From positions 248,001 to 312,000 of the forward strand of contig RDEW01000010.1 in the NCBI GenBank assembly GCA_011109175.1: DNA of 64,000 nucleotides, given 5' to 3'. How positions within the stretch are numbered: position 1 is the stretch's first letter; every line of letters begins with the position of its first letter. The notes below the pieces were generated by a model. The model was not told the DNA's origin and did not search any database. It worked only from the letters and a program-made list of their open reading frames with translations. This document shows positions 1 through 12,919 of this stretch, piece after piece. A program made the position numbers and the translations under genes. This DNA is from Dicyema japonicum (Eukaryota; Animalia; Dicyemida).

Positions 1-95
1 AAGAAATCAGTATACCAAGTCTTAATATAATTTGAGTAAACTAAATGTTGATGAACTAACCCAATTTATTAGTAAAATGAAATTAGTTAACATAA

Positions 96-1722
96 CTATT
101 CAGATACCTCCATGGTAGACGCTACTGTTGCAGCTATGTAAAGTTGAGATTTGTCTAAATATTAATAAAGTAGAAAACCTAGGAGATTTTTAAATTTAGG
201 ATGTTTCCCAATCACTCTGGGAAGAAAATAAGTGGGAATAGCTGTCGCAGTAATCAGAATTCCACATCCCGCTGCATATGGGGCAGCAACGACGGAAGCA
301 ATGATAAGGGACCCTACAATCAGAATAAATATAATCGCAATTGGAATGGGAGCCTATAATAAGAAGGAATCGATACCTTAATTGGTCTGTTTGTATCTGG
401 TTCTTTTTTACGAAGATACATGAGTCCAATCAGGGAAAGTATCACTGCAAGCCAATTCATAATGCTGGTGTAATTTAACAGAGCTTCAACGTCCCCGGCT
501 AGTGTGTAGAACATGGATAGTAATCCCTGTTAAATAAAAGTAATCCAACAGTAACTATCGTAGCTACCACAGGTGTATTATATTTTAAATTTATAGTGTT
601 AGTAATCTTGGGCATGTGACCATTCCGTCCAGCAACGAAAAACAGCCTACCATTTCAAACCAATGATAACCTTGATGTCGAAATGGTGATTCCATTCACA
701 GCACCAAAGGTCGAGCAGGCGACCCCAGCAGCCAAAACATAACCAAAAATGGGGTGTATTTTGTCTCCAAAAGTCTATAATGTAGGAAATATAAAACTAG
801 AGCGATTGCCTTAGAATTAATTATTTCCTCAATGCTCAAATCAGAATAATATGCTAATATTGCTAAGACATATATGACCATGATAAAAAATAATGATAAA
901 AATAGACTCAATGGTAGATCCCTGATAGTTTATTATACATCATACTTTTTTACATTTTTCATTTCTTCAGCGACAGTGTTGAGAAATTGCCTACAATATC
1001 AAAGAGTCAAACCATCCATTGTAGGAAAATAATCCTCCATAGTGAGCCAGGGCAATCAACGAAAAGTCCCTTGTTGTGCCTTCAAACCCGGTATTGAGGG
1101 TACTCAAATCACCTGAAATATCAATATTTATAACCAGTTGCTAGATTGTAGAATCCTGTGAATATGATTGAAAGCAATGCTAAAATTTTGATAATACTGA
1201 ATATATCTTGAATCATAGTTGAAGCCCTGACACTCAGACAATTTATAGTTGTCACGATCACTGGGATTACAAAAATGTATTACTTATACATAAACTTCCT
1301 AAAAGGAGGACAACTGACCTCATTGAGTCACAAGCTGGGTAAATTGGTTTCAGGAGGTATATTGCAAATGTAAGAGATACAATTGCATTTAACGAAGGCC
1401 TTATTACGATAATTTCGACCCAGATTCGAACGAAAGCAGCAAATGAACCAAATGCTCTCATAATATAAATGTAGTCTCCACCAGAACTAGGGATCATTGT
1501 CCCCAATTCTGCATAACACAATGACCCCATAAGAGATAATATTCCACAATTTATCCAAACAATAAATGACATGCCAATACTTCCAGTCTGTTTGAGCACA
1601 GTAGTAGAACTTATGAAAATTCCTGAACCAATTACAGACCCAATAATGATTGACATTGAGCTGAGCAATGATATATTTTTCCCAAGCTTATGCTCATTTT
1701 CATCTTGAGTGTCCAGGTGCAT
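96..1722 (-). CDS. L-type amino acid transporter (SLC7/LAT family, APC superfamily), 10 exons
   Basis: Motifs IIGSVIGSGIF, CYAELGTMIPSSGGDY, GLFSYNGW and RLFFVAGRNGHMP. Removing nine GT-AG introns (23, 23, 22, 24, 23, 24, 23, 23, 24 nt) gives one continuous frame ending in TAG at 98-96. Confidence 0.92.
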
Positions 1723-1989
1723 TTGACTAATATTTTATTTTTCAATATAAATTTAATAATATTTATAATATAAAATTTAATATAAAATAATTTAATTGAA
1801 ATTATCAACATTATATTTTTTTTGTTTTTTTAAATCCCCTGACCTAAAAATTAACTTTTAACTAATTTTAAATTGTTTTTAATTAACAATTTTTTATCTT
1901 AAAAGGTTTTTTATAATTAAAATTTTCTCTATAAGTCGTTTCCTCTTAAGCAACTATGGGAGTAAACCCAATTTTCACAGTCCTTTTCC

Positions 1990-3285
1990 TTTTCCTCAAT
2001 ATATATTGTCATCACTTTACTCACACTCTTCTCTCGCTTCATAATCAGACCGAAAGTAAATATCTTTTATTTATTCATTAAGTGTATCATAACGCCGCGA
2101 AAGGTTGACTTCGTTCCTATATGATATATCCAAAGTCTTCTTGATTACCAGCGATTGAACATACACATTTGTTCTTTCACTTATATTCAAAGATCTGGCA
2201 TACTTCCATGAATGTGAAGTCACTAGGCCATCCCAGGTGAGTACAATCGGAACAATCTTGACCTCTGCGTAGTGTATCATCTCCAGCTCTTTGAAAAGAA
2301 GGTCACTTCCTCAGCTTTTTGCATTCCACCTGCTGTAGATTTTGGGTAGATGTTATTAGCACTTCGACCAAGACAATTTTGTTTCTCCTTTTATCAAAAA
2401 CGGACAGGTTTGGTTTGTTATGCTCAATAATTATGTCCGTTTTGATAAAGGTGTCAAGTCGAATATCAACTGAGTCATTTATTACAGTGGATTGCACTGA
2501 ATGATTCTTCAGTTTCTTCTCATTTTTGAGACTAAACTCTCTGCAAAAGTGGAAATCTAGACACCTCACTACTTCGTTATGTCTTCTTACATAATCCCCA
2601 TGCAACATCTTCTCACACCTATGGCACAATGATCCACAGTCTTCTTCCATTTTTGCAATGGGTGCACATTACATTTTGTTCTCCAAAGAACAGATTCCTA
2701 ACTTGAATAAGGCAGAATAAGGCTTCCGACCTTTGGGAGTTATTCCCTTTTAGAAGCCAATGAGAGGAATGCTCTATATTCGCACAATCCTACAACAAAT
2801 TCTTATAAATAACGGAATGAAGACTCTTCAATCTTATTTGATTCATTAAACCTTCTTTTTGCATGTTCGATATCAATTTTATATCCAACTCAGTAGTGTC
2901 GCAGACAGAATTAATGCCAAATGTGTTTTCTCCGAAATTTCAGCTTCAAGAATTGTGACACTTCTACTGCCAACAGTACTTCTGGGTTTCAAATCATGAA
3001 AAAATCCATATAACATCTCATTTAGAAGAGAGATTGAGTGTAGCCATTTCCCAAGGAAATTCTTCGTTAAATAAAACCTCTGCTTGCATGCAGGTTTGAG
3101 ATGGACTCTATGTTTAATCATATGGTGCGGATAGCTGAGTCAATCAATTCGTATTCACAGGGTTCCACATTAATGAGTCCAATATAATTGTTATATAAAG
3201 ACAAAGCATGCTCGTTAATAGCCTTAAACATATTCACTGCATTTAGTTTGGTATTCACCAGATTCTCAATTCTCTGGTTTACTTA
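1990..3285 (-). mobile_element. Decayed RLE-type non-LTR retrotransposon (R4/Dong/NeSL-like), RT C-terminus plus restriction-like endonuclease
   Basis: ORF fragments contain RHNEVVRC, HNKPNLSVFDKRRNKIVLVEV and IVPIVLTWDG, plus thumb-region HLKPACKQRFYL; many stops. Confidence 0.75.
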
Positions 3286-3354
3286 CGAAGAAATTATTTT
3301 TAACATTTCTAGCTTTTGAATTTGTCTGGAAGGACCTTCCAATACACCGAGGTA

Positions 3355-3940
3355 TGGAATGGTGAGCATGGAGGAAGATATAGTATCTTGAGGTTGTGGG
3401 ATTGGATTACTTCGTTGATCCATTGTAATGGTGAATCCTAGCATTGTCCATGACGAAGTAGGGATCCACAATTCATACTTCGTCTATAAAGATCATTCGG
3501 CTATCCCCAACGTAAAATCAAATTTCTTGGAAATTTGTCCCATATTCCAATCGTGTCTCAATGGTTCTTTCATAGTTTCTTCTCTAAGAAACAATGCTGA
3601 GAGTTTTCACTGAGTTGTGAAATTCATTTAAACAGCGGTTGATGGTACTTGTACTTACGGATATCTCCATCTCCCCCAACAGTTTTATTTTTCAACGCCC
3701 CCAAGGTCTTTTCTGATCAGATTGTTCTATGATCTCCGCCACGCTTACAACATTTGATCTTTCCTTCAGATATGAAGAAAGAATTGTACATGCAGTTGTA
3801 CGAGGAAGACCCATAACTCGGGAGATATCACTATTGCCAAGATTATTCTTAGTGTGGTTAATACCGAGTTCTCTGACTTTATTTGAGATTTTACGCCTTT
3901 TTAGACATTGGAAACACCTGGACATAAGAATTTTCTCCAA
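3355..3940 (-). mobile_element. Tc1/IS630-like transposase remnant
   Basis: N-terminal HTH (SDISRVMGLPRTTACTIL). Minus strand near 3460-3360 reads FVMDNARIHH...LYLPPCSPF, the Tc1/IS630 catalytic-core motifs. Confidence 0.72.
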
Positions 3941-4639
3941 TTATAAGGAGTCATTGATGATCTATTCAACAATCCCCCGTTCCTCCTAATTAGATAAATT
4001 GCTATGTCTTGACAAAACTGAGTTGTCCGCTCAACCAGGTGGTCGGATGCAGAGAATTTCCTCTTCAGAAGGTTTTACTTTATGCACGTGCTTAGCATGA
4101 ACTAAAAAATGACGCTAAATTCTTCTCATAACTTAGAAAATTGTATATTTTTGAATTCTGTTCCTTTATCAGATTGTAAATATTTGCACGGATCATAATC
4201 CATCTCTTAAATTTTCGGCGACTTTGATGCCACCTTTATTTTTATGATTCCTTGTAATCGCATATTTAGAATAAACGTCAATTACTGATGACAACCAAGA
4301 AAATGATCATTCTCATTTTCAAACCTACGAAATAACATAATTTATACATTTTAGGTCAATCAGATCGATCTGAAATCTCTCATTTGGTACATCAGCAACA
4401 ATATGACTCATATCGTCATATTGTTTCAGTGGCACTGCAGACTGGCATATATCGCAGTTTCTTACCACGTGATGAATTCAGATATATAAGATTTTAGGAT
4501 GTGTCCATCACAATTACGTCACCTGCATAAATAAGAAGATTAGTATGCACATGTCATTCTCTCCCCATGTTGAAAACGTAATTTCGAAATGCGAAAAGAA
4601 AACTAATGTTCTGAAATGCCTCACAGGCTTATGGAAGAT

Positions 4640-4950
4640 CGGAAAGCATTCTGTTTTGGGAACTGTATATAAACAATTTATTGAATTATGATATCTTATG
4701 CATGTGGTATATGGGGTCCACTCATCTCTTGGACGAATGTCTTGAAAATCGAGGCTAGTCGGAGAAGAGCCTCCAAAATCACAGAACGCTGGATTCGTGG
4801 AGAACTCCAACCACCAATGCCTCTTGAAGCCTTAATAAGAATGAACCACGGAACGCGCCGTCGTGACTGCGAAGGTCAAGTCACTCGACCGATACGTGCT
4901 TTTGTGGGGACGAGGGAGGAGCATCGGTGCAAAATGAGGTCCCTGCTCAG
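4640..4950 (+). mobile_element. 3' fragment of the Ingi/Vingi-like LINE family
   Basis: YKQFIE..ISYAC..WGP and RAFVGTREEHR match the C-terminus of the element at 30917-33773. Confidence 0.65.
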
Positions 4951-5162
4951 GAATCCTTTGCTTTTATGCCTTTCCTTGCTTTTTCAAAGCCAAGGTCACC
5001 ATCTCCATTAAAACAACCTGCGCAATCGAGCACAGATGTTTAGCCGTGACATAATCTCCGATAAATTGGTTGGGACTTCATTGTATTTTCAACGAATTTT
5101 AGGTGCTGTTTTTGAAGTAACTGTCTTTGCTGTCACGTTCTCCCAAAATCGCCTATTGTTGC

Positions 5163-5880
5163 CTATCCATCGTTTTTCGTTGCTCTCCTATGCTCAAACT
5201 TTTTGGTGACTGGGCGTTCACCACATCTGGCACAATGTGAGGACGAGCCACAATTTATACAATTCATTGTGTTTTCAAAAGTCTCTCCACACACAGTAAG
5301 GTCGTGTTCCCTTGCACAATGGAGACATATTACAGAAGGATATGTTTCCATAGCGTTGGCAATGAAACACCTCGGTGGGCCTATTCTGTACTATTCATAT
5401 GTGATTGGCACGTGGGAAATGCTGAAACCAAGACAAACAAGCGATGTAGCCTCCGCCCTTGATCCAACTAGAACTTTGCAAGAGGGAGTCTCTTATCTCT
5501 CTTGTAGAAACGGAATATTAGAGGGGGCGAATTCTTTGATAAATTCATGAAGGTCGTTATCATCAACCCAAAAGGGCAGGTTCTTGAATATAATTTCGGA
5601 CGGTCTCACTTGGATTTTACTGAAACAAAGGTTTCCAACGGCGAAGAAATTTGATAGTTTTGTCCACATCATAGGGAGTGAAGAAGGCAGTATATAGCGT
5701 CTGCTGTGGACCACATCGTTTGTCATGCATAGAGTGAGAGAATTTCTTGTGACTGATCATAAGATTATTTGAAAGTTTCCGTGCAGATTCCGAGGCAATA
5801 AGAGTAAAGGCTTCCACTCCGTCCCATCTTCGTTTATAAGACTGTTGATACTTGTCAGTGTCTTCCAGAATGTGCCACAC
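5163..5880 (-). mobile_element. Gag-like ORF1 remnant of a non-LTR element (RRM-like segment plus CCHC knuckles)
   Basis: IIFKNLPFWVDDNDL, followed across frameshifts by PRC(F)HCQRYG..., CLHCAREH....C and CINCGSSSHCA. Confidence 0.62.
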
Positions 5881-5904
5881 GAGTTTTTTGTGTTATAGTC
5901 GACC

Positions 5905-6155
5905 AATAAGCAGGCCCCATTTATGCATGTGGTTAGCACGGATTAATTGGAGGCCAAAGATCTTAGCTTTTCTTTCCTTTTTGGAGCGCTGAGTCCCTAG
6001 AGATAATCAAGTTCCGCAGTGATGACGGCATCACTCGTCAAACCAGGAAGCATTGTAAATGGACGGAATTTTTACCCAGAATGGGCACAATCGGGATTCG
6101 AACAAGGATGCATCTAAATTGTGTCTGAGACCTATAACACTGCTTTATTCCGACT
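5905..6155 (-). mobile_element. Diverged copy of the tRNA-derived SINE family
   Basis: Minus strand has B-box GTTCGAATCCC (~6103-6093) and then the family core TTGACGAGTGATGCCGTCATCACTGCGGAAC. Confidence 0.55.
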
Positions 6156-7240
6156 TTGTTATGTTATGTTATCCAATTAAGTCGCGTCCGACCCTTGGAG
6201 ATCTCATGAATAAGTTTCCTCCACTCTCTCCGATCCGTTGCAATTTGGAGTAGCCTCGATATAGGCATTCCCGTGACGTCTTCCACCGTGGATAGCCACC
6301 GAGTCCTCGGTCGACCAGGTCTTCTCTTCCCAGTAATATTCCGACTTTAGTTAGTTTAAAGCACTTCACTTATACCATGATCATATGAATATTTAGGTTT
6401 TCACTTGCGTCGTAATCCTTACTAAGTTTTCTACTAGTTACTCCCATCCAACAGTAAAGTTGGAAGAATACAATAAAGATATATTACTCTGTGAGGAGGT
6501 ACTTGATAAAATCTGCTCAAATATATCCGGAATTATCAAAAAGGATCATGGTTTAATATAGAAGCCGTAGTTTCGAGATGTAACATCATTAATGGGATAT
6601 TACTTAACTTCGATACCTGCGGTTTTGTATTAGCATTGAATATTTAAAATTTTGACGTAACAAGCAAAAATTTAGTGATTGTTAATATTTTGTGGTTATA
6701 AATTAGTAATAGGAATTAATTTTAACAGAAATTCAAACACAACTAACCAATAGTTAAGGTCACGCCTCCAATAGGTGCCATAAACGCCAACTTGTATATT
6801 CCTGTCAATCCATAATCATAGCAAGCACCCGAAAACATCAAAATTCCAGCTGTGAACAAATATGAGGCCTATATATAATTTAATTGACTCTCACTAATCG
6901 ACATCTGAGACATAGCGAAGCGACAACGAGGATTATACTGTGAGTCAAATGAATCGTATTTCCAGCAGAAAATGCTAACTGTCGTCATTCATCAGCATAG
7001 TTTTTTTTTTGAAAAACTATAGTTGTATATAATATTTACTATGGTGGTTATAAGCAGCCAGCATAACTGCAAAAGCTCCAAATACTGGTCCTACGCTACC
7101 CGTTGCCATGTTCCGTAGAATATCTAGATCATCCCCATCTTTAAGGCACTTTCTAATCCTCCTGAGATCTTTATCTAGGATTACCGGCAATTTTGTCCTC
7201 GGTTGGACGTTGAAACGCGAAGCCTCCAAGATAAAATTCT

Positions 7241-9501
7241 GGAGTGCGGAAAAAAAGTCAAGTGGAAAAAAAGTCAAGCGGAAAAAAGTCAAGTCCGTAA
7301 GCGGAAAAAAGTCAAGCGGAAAAAAGTCAAGTCCGTGATTTCGTTAGCGGACTTGACTTTTATTCCGCTTTGGTATAATCGCTTTGACTAAATCAATTTA
7401 AGAATTTCAAGGTAATAATAAAATTGACTTAACTTTTTTCGCTTTGGTTTAATCTTTTTGACTTAATCAAAATACGGATTTTAAGATTATAATTAGGCGT
7501 ATTTTAAATATTATGCTTGCCGCAAAAAATAAGAGACAAAATGGTGATAATATCAACTAACAAAGGAGTAAAGAAAATTTGTTTTAAGGGTTATTTGTAT
7601 ACAAAGCACTCGAGACAAAAAACTATATAATTTTTAAATGTGTGAAAAAATCTTCACAAGGATGCAGAGGAAGCCTAAGAACAGATCATAATTTCGAATT
7701 TCCCAAAGAAGGAATTTCTCACAATCACGAATTTGACGAAAGTCAAATAAAACTGATGAAATTGTGCAACGAAGCAAAACTTATTGCTAAAACGAGTCAA
7801 GAAAATCCCTTACAAATCTATTCAAAGGTTGTGTCTGAATGTGAAACAGCAACCAGAATTATTCTCCCTTCTGCAGATTCTTTCAAGCGAACACTTAGGA
7901 ATCAACGCTTGTCTCTACATATTCCAAAAAATATTTTCGATCTCGGAGATATTCCATCGTCTTTATCTTTAACTCTTGGTCCAGATTCAGAAAATTTTTT
8001 AATTTATGATAATCATAGAAGAACCGATAGAATATTGATATTCAGCACCAAAACTAATATAACGTTATTGGCGAATTCAAAATCATGGTATATGGATGGA
8101 AATTTCTCCATGGCACCATGTATCTTCAAGCAAATCTATTTTATCAGGATTCAGTTCAATGCCAGTGCAATTACAGTTATTTATGGAATATTACCTTCTA
8201 AATCACGAAAGATTTACGAAGAATTTTTTGAGGCTATTCAAAATGCAATTCATAATTTGAATTTGGAATTTTGTCTTGAAACTATTATGGCAGACTTTGA
8301 AGATTCGGTATTTCGAGCTGTCCTTGCAGTATTTGGGAGACGAATACATATTAGAGGATGTTATTATCATCTAAGACAGTCAACCTGGAGAAAAATTCAA
8401 GAATTGCATCTAGTAAAACAATATAAAGAAAATATTAATTTTAACATTTTTTGCGCAATGATAGACGCTCTTGCATTTTTACCCATTCAAGATATGGAAG
8501 AAGGAATAGAATTCCTAATGAATAATATGCCAGAAAATGTTCCAGATTCAAAATATATATTAGATTATTTTGATAGAACATATGTTCGCGGTTATTATCG
8601 TTGCTTAAATGATCGAGAAAATCCCTTAGCTGTTAGAATACAGCACATTGCTCCATTGTTTCCTCCAAATTTATGGAATGTGTATGAAGCTACACTCAAT
8701 AATAAACAAAGAACAAATAACTATTGTGAAGGGTGGAACAATAAATTATACAATTTGACGGGATATCGTCATCCATCGATATGGAATATTATATCGTCAT
8801 TCCAAAAAGAAGAAAAAATGACGAAAACTATTATTGACCAGGATTCCTTTGGAAAAAGAATTTCAACAAGAACAAATAAAAAAACGATTGATAGACAAAA
8901 AAGGCTTTTAAATATATGTCTGGATCGCCAGGACGGAAAAAAAACAGTAGGAGAAGCCCTAAAAGCAATTGCATGGAATATTAAATATTCTTTTGATTCA
9001 CATTAAATAATCCCTTGATTCTCGTTAAATAAAAATCATATGTTTATAACATTTTAAAAAATTTTAAAAGTAGAAAAAATCTGTTTTATTTTTAGAATTT
9101 ATTTCCACCACGTGTAGTTTTAGTTGTGGCGGGACATTTTAATTCATTAACATTAGCCAAAATTAACTATTTAAATAATTTGTTATTCTAAACTCGCTTA
9201 CTTTAAAATGAAACGATCATGAATAAAAATCTTAATTTATAAACGGAAAAAAAGTCAAGTCCGTTAACGAAATTACGGACTTGACTTTTTTTCCGTTTTG
9301 CGCTAAATTTCGAAAATTTATAAGGGAAAAATTTTCAAAAATGGAAAAAAAGTCAAGCGGAAAAAAAGTCAAGTATTGAAAAAATTTTTAAAAATTAAAA
9401 GATGCTAGTAGTATCACAAAAATGCGATATAAACTAAAAAAAGACAACTTGACTTTTTTTCCGCTTGACTTTTTTTCCGCTTGACTTTTTTTCCTACAAC
9501 C
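7241..9501 (+). mobile_element. Mutator-like DNA transposon (MULE) with repeat-rich TIRs and 8-bp TSD
   Basis: Ends GGAGTGCGGAAAAAAAGTCAAG / CTTGACTTTTTTTCCTACAACC. Arrays of GGAAAAAAAGTCAAG at both ends. AAAATTCT duplicated at 7233-7240 and 9502-9509. Confidence 0.92.
7541..9006 (+). CDS. MULE DDE transposase with FLYWCH-like N-terminus
   Basis: 454-aa ORF with YMDGNF, IMADFE, CYYH and RTNNYCEGWN. The upstream ATG at 7541 (KGYLYTK) is joined by one frameshift near 7610-7625. Confidence 0.88.
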
Positions 9502-10559
9502 AAAATTCTCCTCCATTGCTATGTTGCAGGGGGCTTCATATCGTGGCGGAGTATGTGTCCAAACAGCCTCATCTTGACTCAGTAATATTACATGATATTG
9601 GCTCAGTTCCTGTTCTCTTGTATAAGATTTCGGACGGCATTTGAAATAGCTTCGGGAAGAAAGGAGTGCTCTGAGATGATTTCTGTGAAAAGAATTCAAC
9701 TTTTCGAGTTCCTGCCTAGTACATTCCCATGTACCGGCATTATATAATAGGATTGGCCTCACTAGGGCATTGTATAGTCTCATTCGAGTTTTAGGGTCAA
9801 GCCCTTTGTGCAGAATCCTGGTCTTTTCATTTTGCTGAAAGCGACGTTAGTCAATGCCTTCCTTCGTGTTATATTTTTGTGTCACCGAGAAGGGATCCTA
9901 GTTTTTTTACCTACGCCAGTGCTTCTCGGTTTTTTCCTCACTTTTTTTTAGCTCCGTAATTTCGGTTTTGTTTGTTTACTTTTAATGACCATTCAGCCAT
10001 TCTATCAGGAGCTTTATCCAAAAGTGCAATTAACTCTTCTTTGTTATTCAAATAAAGTCCACGTCATCCGCATATGCTATTATTCTCGTTCTTTCTCCAA
10101 TATGAGGCTTCAAGTCTCGTAGAGCTGCCTCCAGATAAATAATAAACAAAATCGGGAATAATGGATTTCTTTGAGGGGTACCAATTGTCGGTTAAAATGT
10201 CCTCGGTAAAGCTTTCCAGTCCTGTCCATAAAACTTGTGTCCGTCAGGAGTGTCCTGACCATCCTAATCGTTAAGATCCAGTATTTGCAGTAGCTTGTTC
10301 CTGTTGACGGGATCAAAGGCCTTTACATGTCAATCCTCAGAATGGTTGTCGTTATTTTAAATTTTTGAACAGTCGCACTTCTCCATTTGTGGCTCCATAT
10401 AGCATCCGACGTTGATCTCCTTTAGCAGAAGCCACTTTGATATGCCGACTGGTATGAGTCTAGGCGTCCCTCCATTATTTGAAGCGTAATATTGGCTAGT
10501 ATCTTTCGCAATGTGTTGGTTAAAATCACTTATTATTGAACCAGATAACCACTGTCATA

Positions 10560-12110
10560 TCCAAAATAAACAACATTCAAGTGATCCCAGTCTCCCTCAA
10601 CAGTCTCCACATCTTTTCTCGGTGTTCCGACTGAGTTTCTGCGCATTTCCGATATGGACGGGATCCGCATACTTGAGTCCTTCGTAGGGACACTGTTCCA
10701 GTCGCCTCTATCATATTTTCAAGGTTTCTGGGCAGGATTCCCATTCAGGAATATTTCCTTAGTAGGTTTGCTGCCTTCACTTGAATGTTGCAGATCTTGT
10801 CCAAATTCGTTACAGAAAGATTAGATCCCCAGACATTACATGCGTATCCTATTGTAGACTCGATGAACTGTTTGTATATGACATCCAGTCCACTTAGATC
10901 TTTTTGTCTCTTAGGTTTCCCATTAACGCCTTTCAGGAAGTTGATTTTCTTCGTATAAGTCAATAACATATTTTCGACATGTTTTGTAAAGGTTAAGAAA
11001 GTGTCAAAAATAACTCCCAGGATTTTCTGGTATTTGTTTTGCGGGATAATTTTCCCATCCAGTGTGACGTCAATTGATATTTTCCCTAGTCTTCTGTTTG
11101 TCGTGAATAGAGTCAACACCGACTTCTCCGGGCTATCAGTCAATTGAATTTCCCAAATCCATAAACTTAATTTATTCAGATTGTCCTGCATTCTTCTCGT
11201 TGCTTCCACAATACTCATCCCTCGAAGCAATGACTATATCATCCGCATATGTTAATAATATGTCATCGTTCCCCTGTGGGAGTGGCAAGTAATTCATAAT
11301 AAGGTTAAACAAGAAGGAAGATAACGGGGAGCCCCGAGGAACGCCATTTGCAAATAGTCTCGATACGGAACATCGATTGCCATAGTGTACTCGTCCTCGT
11401 CGACCACTCAAGAAATTTCCCAACCATAATTTCAGGTTTGCGTCAATGTTCGACGAATAGATTTGTGTGTGATAATCTTCCTCGAAACCGATTCAAAAGC
11501 CTTCTGGATATCAATTGAGCATACAATCGTCTTTTTCTGTCCTGGTCTTTTGTTAAGGCCATCTGTTGTGAACTCCTTTAATGTATTTAGGTGTGTGATA
11601 GTTGATCGTCCCTACATTTGAAACCATGATGAAATCTGGCATCTGAGAGGGAATGACGTGTGAGTCTCATAATCATCCTTTCTAGGATTCTTGTCTGGAC
11701 GCACAAGAGCGACAAAGGCCTATAAGAAGCAGGGTCCTCCTTTGGTTTCCCAGGCTTCAGTATTGGATGAATATTCGAAAGTTTCCATATAGCGGGAATA
11801 CACTTAAAGTTGATTGAGTAGTTAAAGATGCATTTTAGTGGTGATATGCCCACTGTGCCCACCTTTTTCAACAGAATAACCGGATCCCGTCCGGTCCACA
11901 GGAATGTGTGTTCTTTGTTCAATAGATCTCTAAAGCGACATCTCCCGGTAGAACATACATTGTTGGATGCCTCCTTTTCGGTTTCGGTTTTGTGTGTGGA
12001 GAAATATCCATCTTTGGAATGGTTTGTGGCGTATTCTCACACTATGTTTGATAAATTTATTCAGATCCATCTCCTGTTCACGGTCTCCCTCGATATTGTT
12101 TTTAGCGTTT
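10560..12110 (-). mobile_element. Ingi/Vingi-like LINE, RT and C-terminal part, decayed
   Basis: PILKPGKPKEDPASYRPLSLL, GVPRGSPLS, YADD, KILGVIFD; ends in the family GIT-stop terminus. Confidence 0.85.
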
Positions 12111-12919
12111 TTTGACATTTCGCAGCATCCTCCACATTTTTGTAAGTGAACTATTTTTTATAGCATTAGAAATTCGGCCCAGTTTGTTTTTGCAGTTTAT
12201 CATAACCGACATGCCACAAACCTGTAATGAAAACTGCCTAATCCTGTCCTATGCAGACGATATCATTCTTGCTTCTTCTAAGGACAGAAGCATTCAATCG
12301 CGACTGTGATACATTTAATTTATTAACTCTATTTCAGTGAATAAATTAAATTACTGACCTTATTTATGAACATGTTGGAAATGTCAGAGACTATATTGTC
12401 CTTAAACAAGTATTCATCATTTCCTTACTTGAAGCGATTGTTGACTTGGGGTTCCGATCAATAACAATTTGGGATCGTCTTCCAGCCTTTGGAACATATA
12501 AAGAAGACAAAACACAGCACGTGTTGTGGCTGTTTTCGGGCAAACTGATTAAAGATTGTAGTATCCGTATGTGGTCATATTTTTAAGGTTTTATTGCAGA
12601 TTTACCCTCTCATCTCGGTCTTGGTTTGGGGTGAAAAATAAAGAGCATCCCAAAACGAAGAATTCGGGTTCATTCCTTAACTGTGGTCAACTTAGACAAG
12701 ATGATATGTAAAGAAATTGAGATATTGTGTTTGTGAACTTTTCATACAGAAGCAGTTGGGTCAATCCAATGATTTCCGAGAACGCAGAAGGTTGCTTGAA
12801 ATTATCTTCATCGCATTCCTCAGAGAAATATCTCTGCAGTCAGGCTGATCTATATTTAATTTAATTTTTAATTTGTTTAAAAGACAATTATTTTAACAAA
12901 GAAACAAATGTTAGTTGAT

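Larger units (their letters stand above)
7040..10530 (-). mobile_element. RTE-like LINE remnant interrupted by the MULE insertion
   Basis: RLYNALVRPILLYNAGTW and APCNIAMEENF lie on the right of the MULE. The frame resumes (ILEASRF..PRTKLPVILDKDL) left of 7241. Confidence 0.8.

Noticed and set aside
7241-7345. CRISPR-like or telomeric array; Lys-rich ORFs 7108-7391
   Set aside because: Units are adjacent without unique spacers and are the MULE's subterminal repeats; the ORFs are translation artefacts of the repeat.
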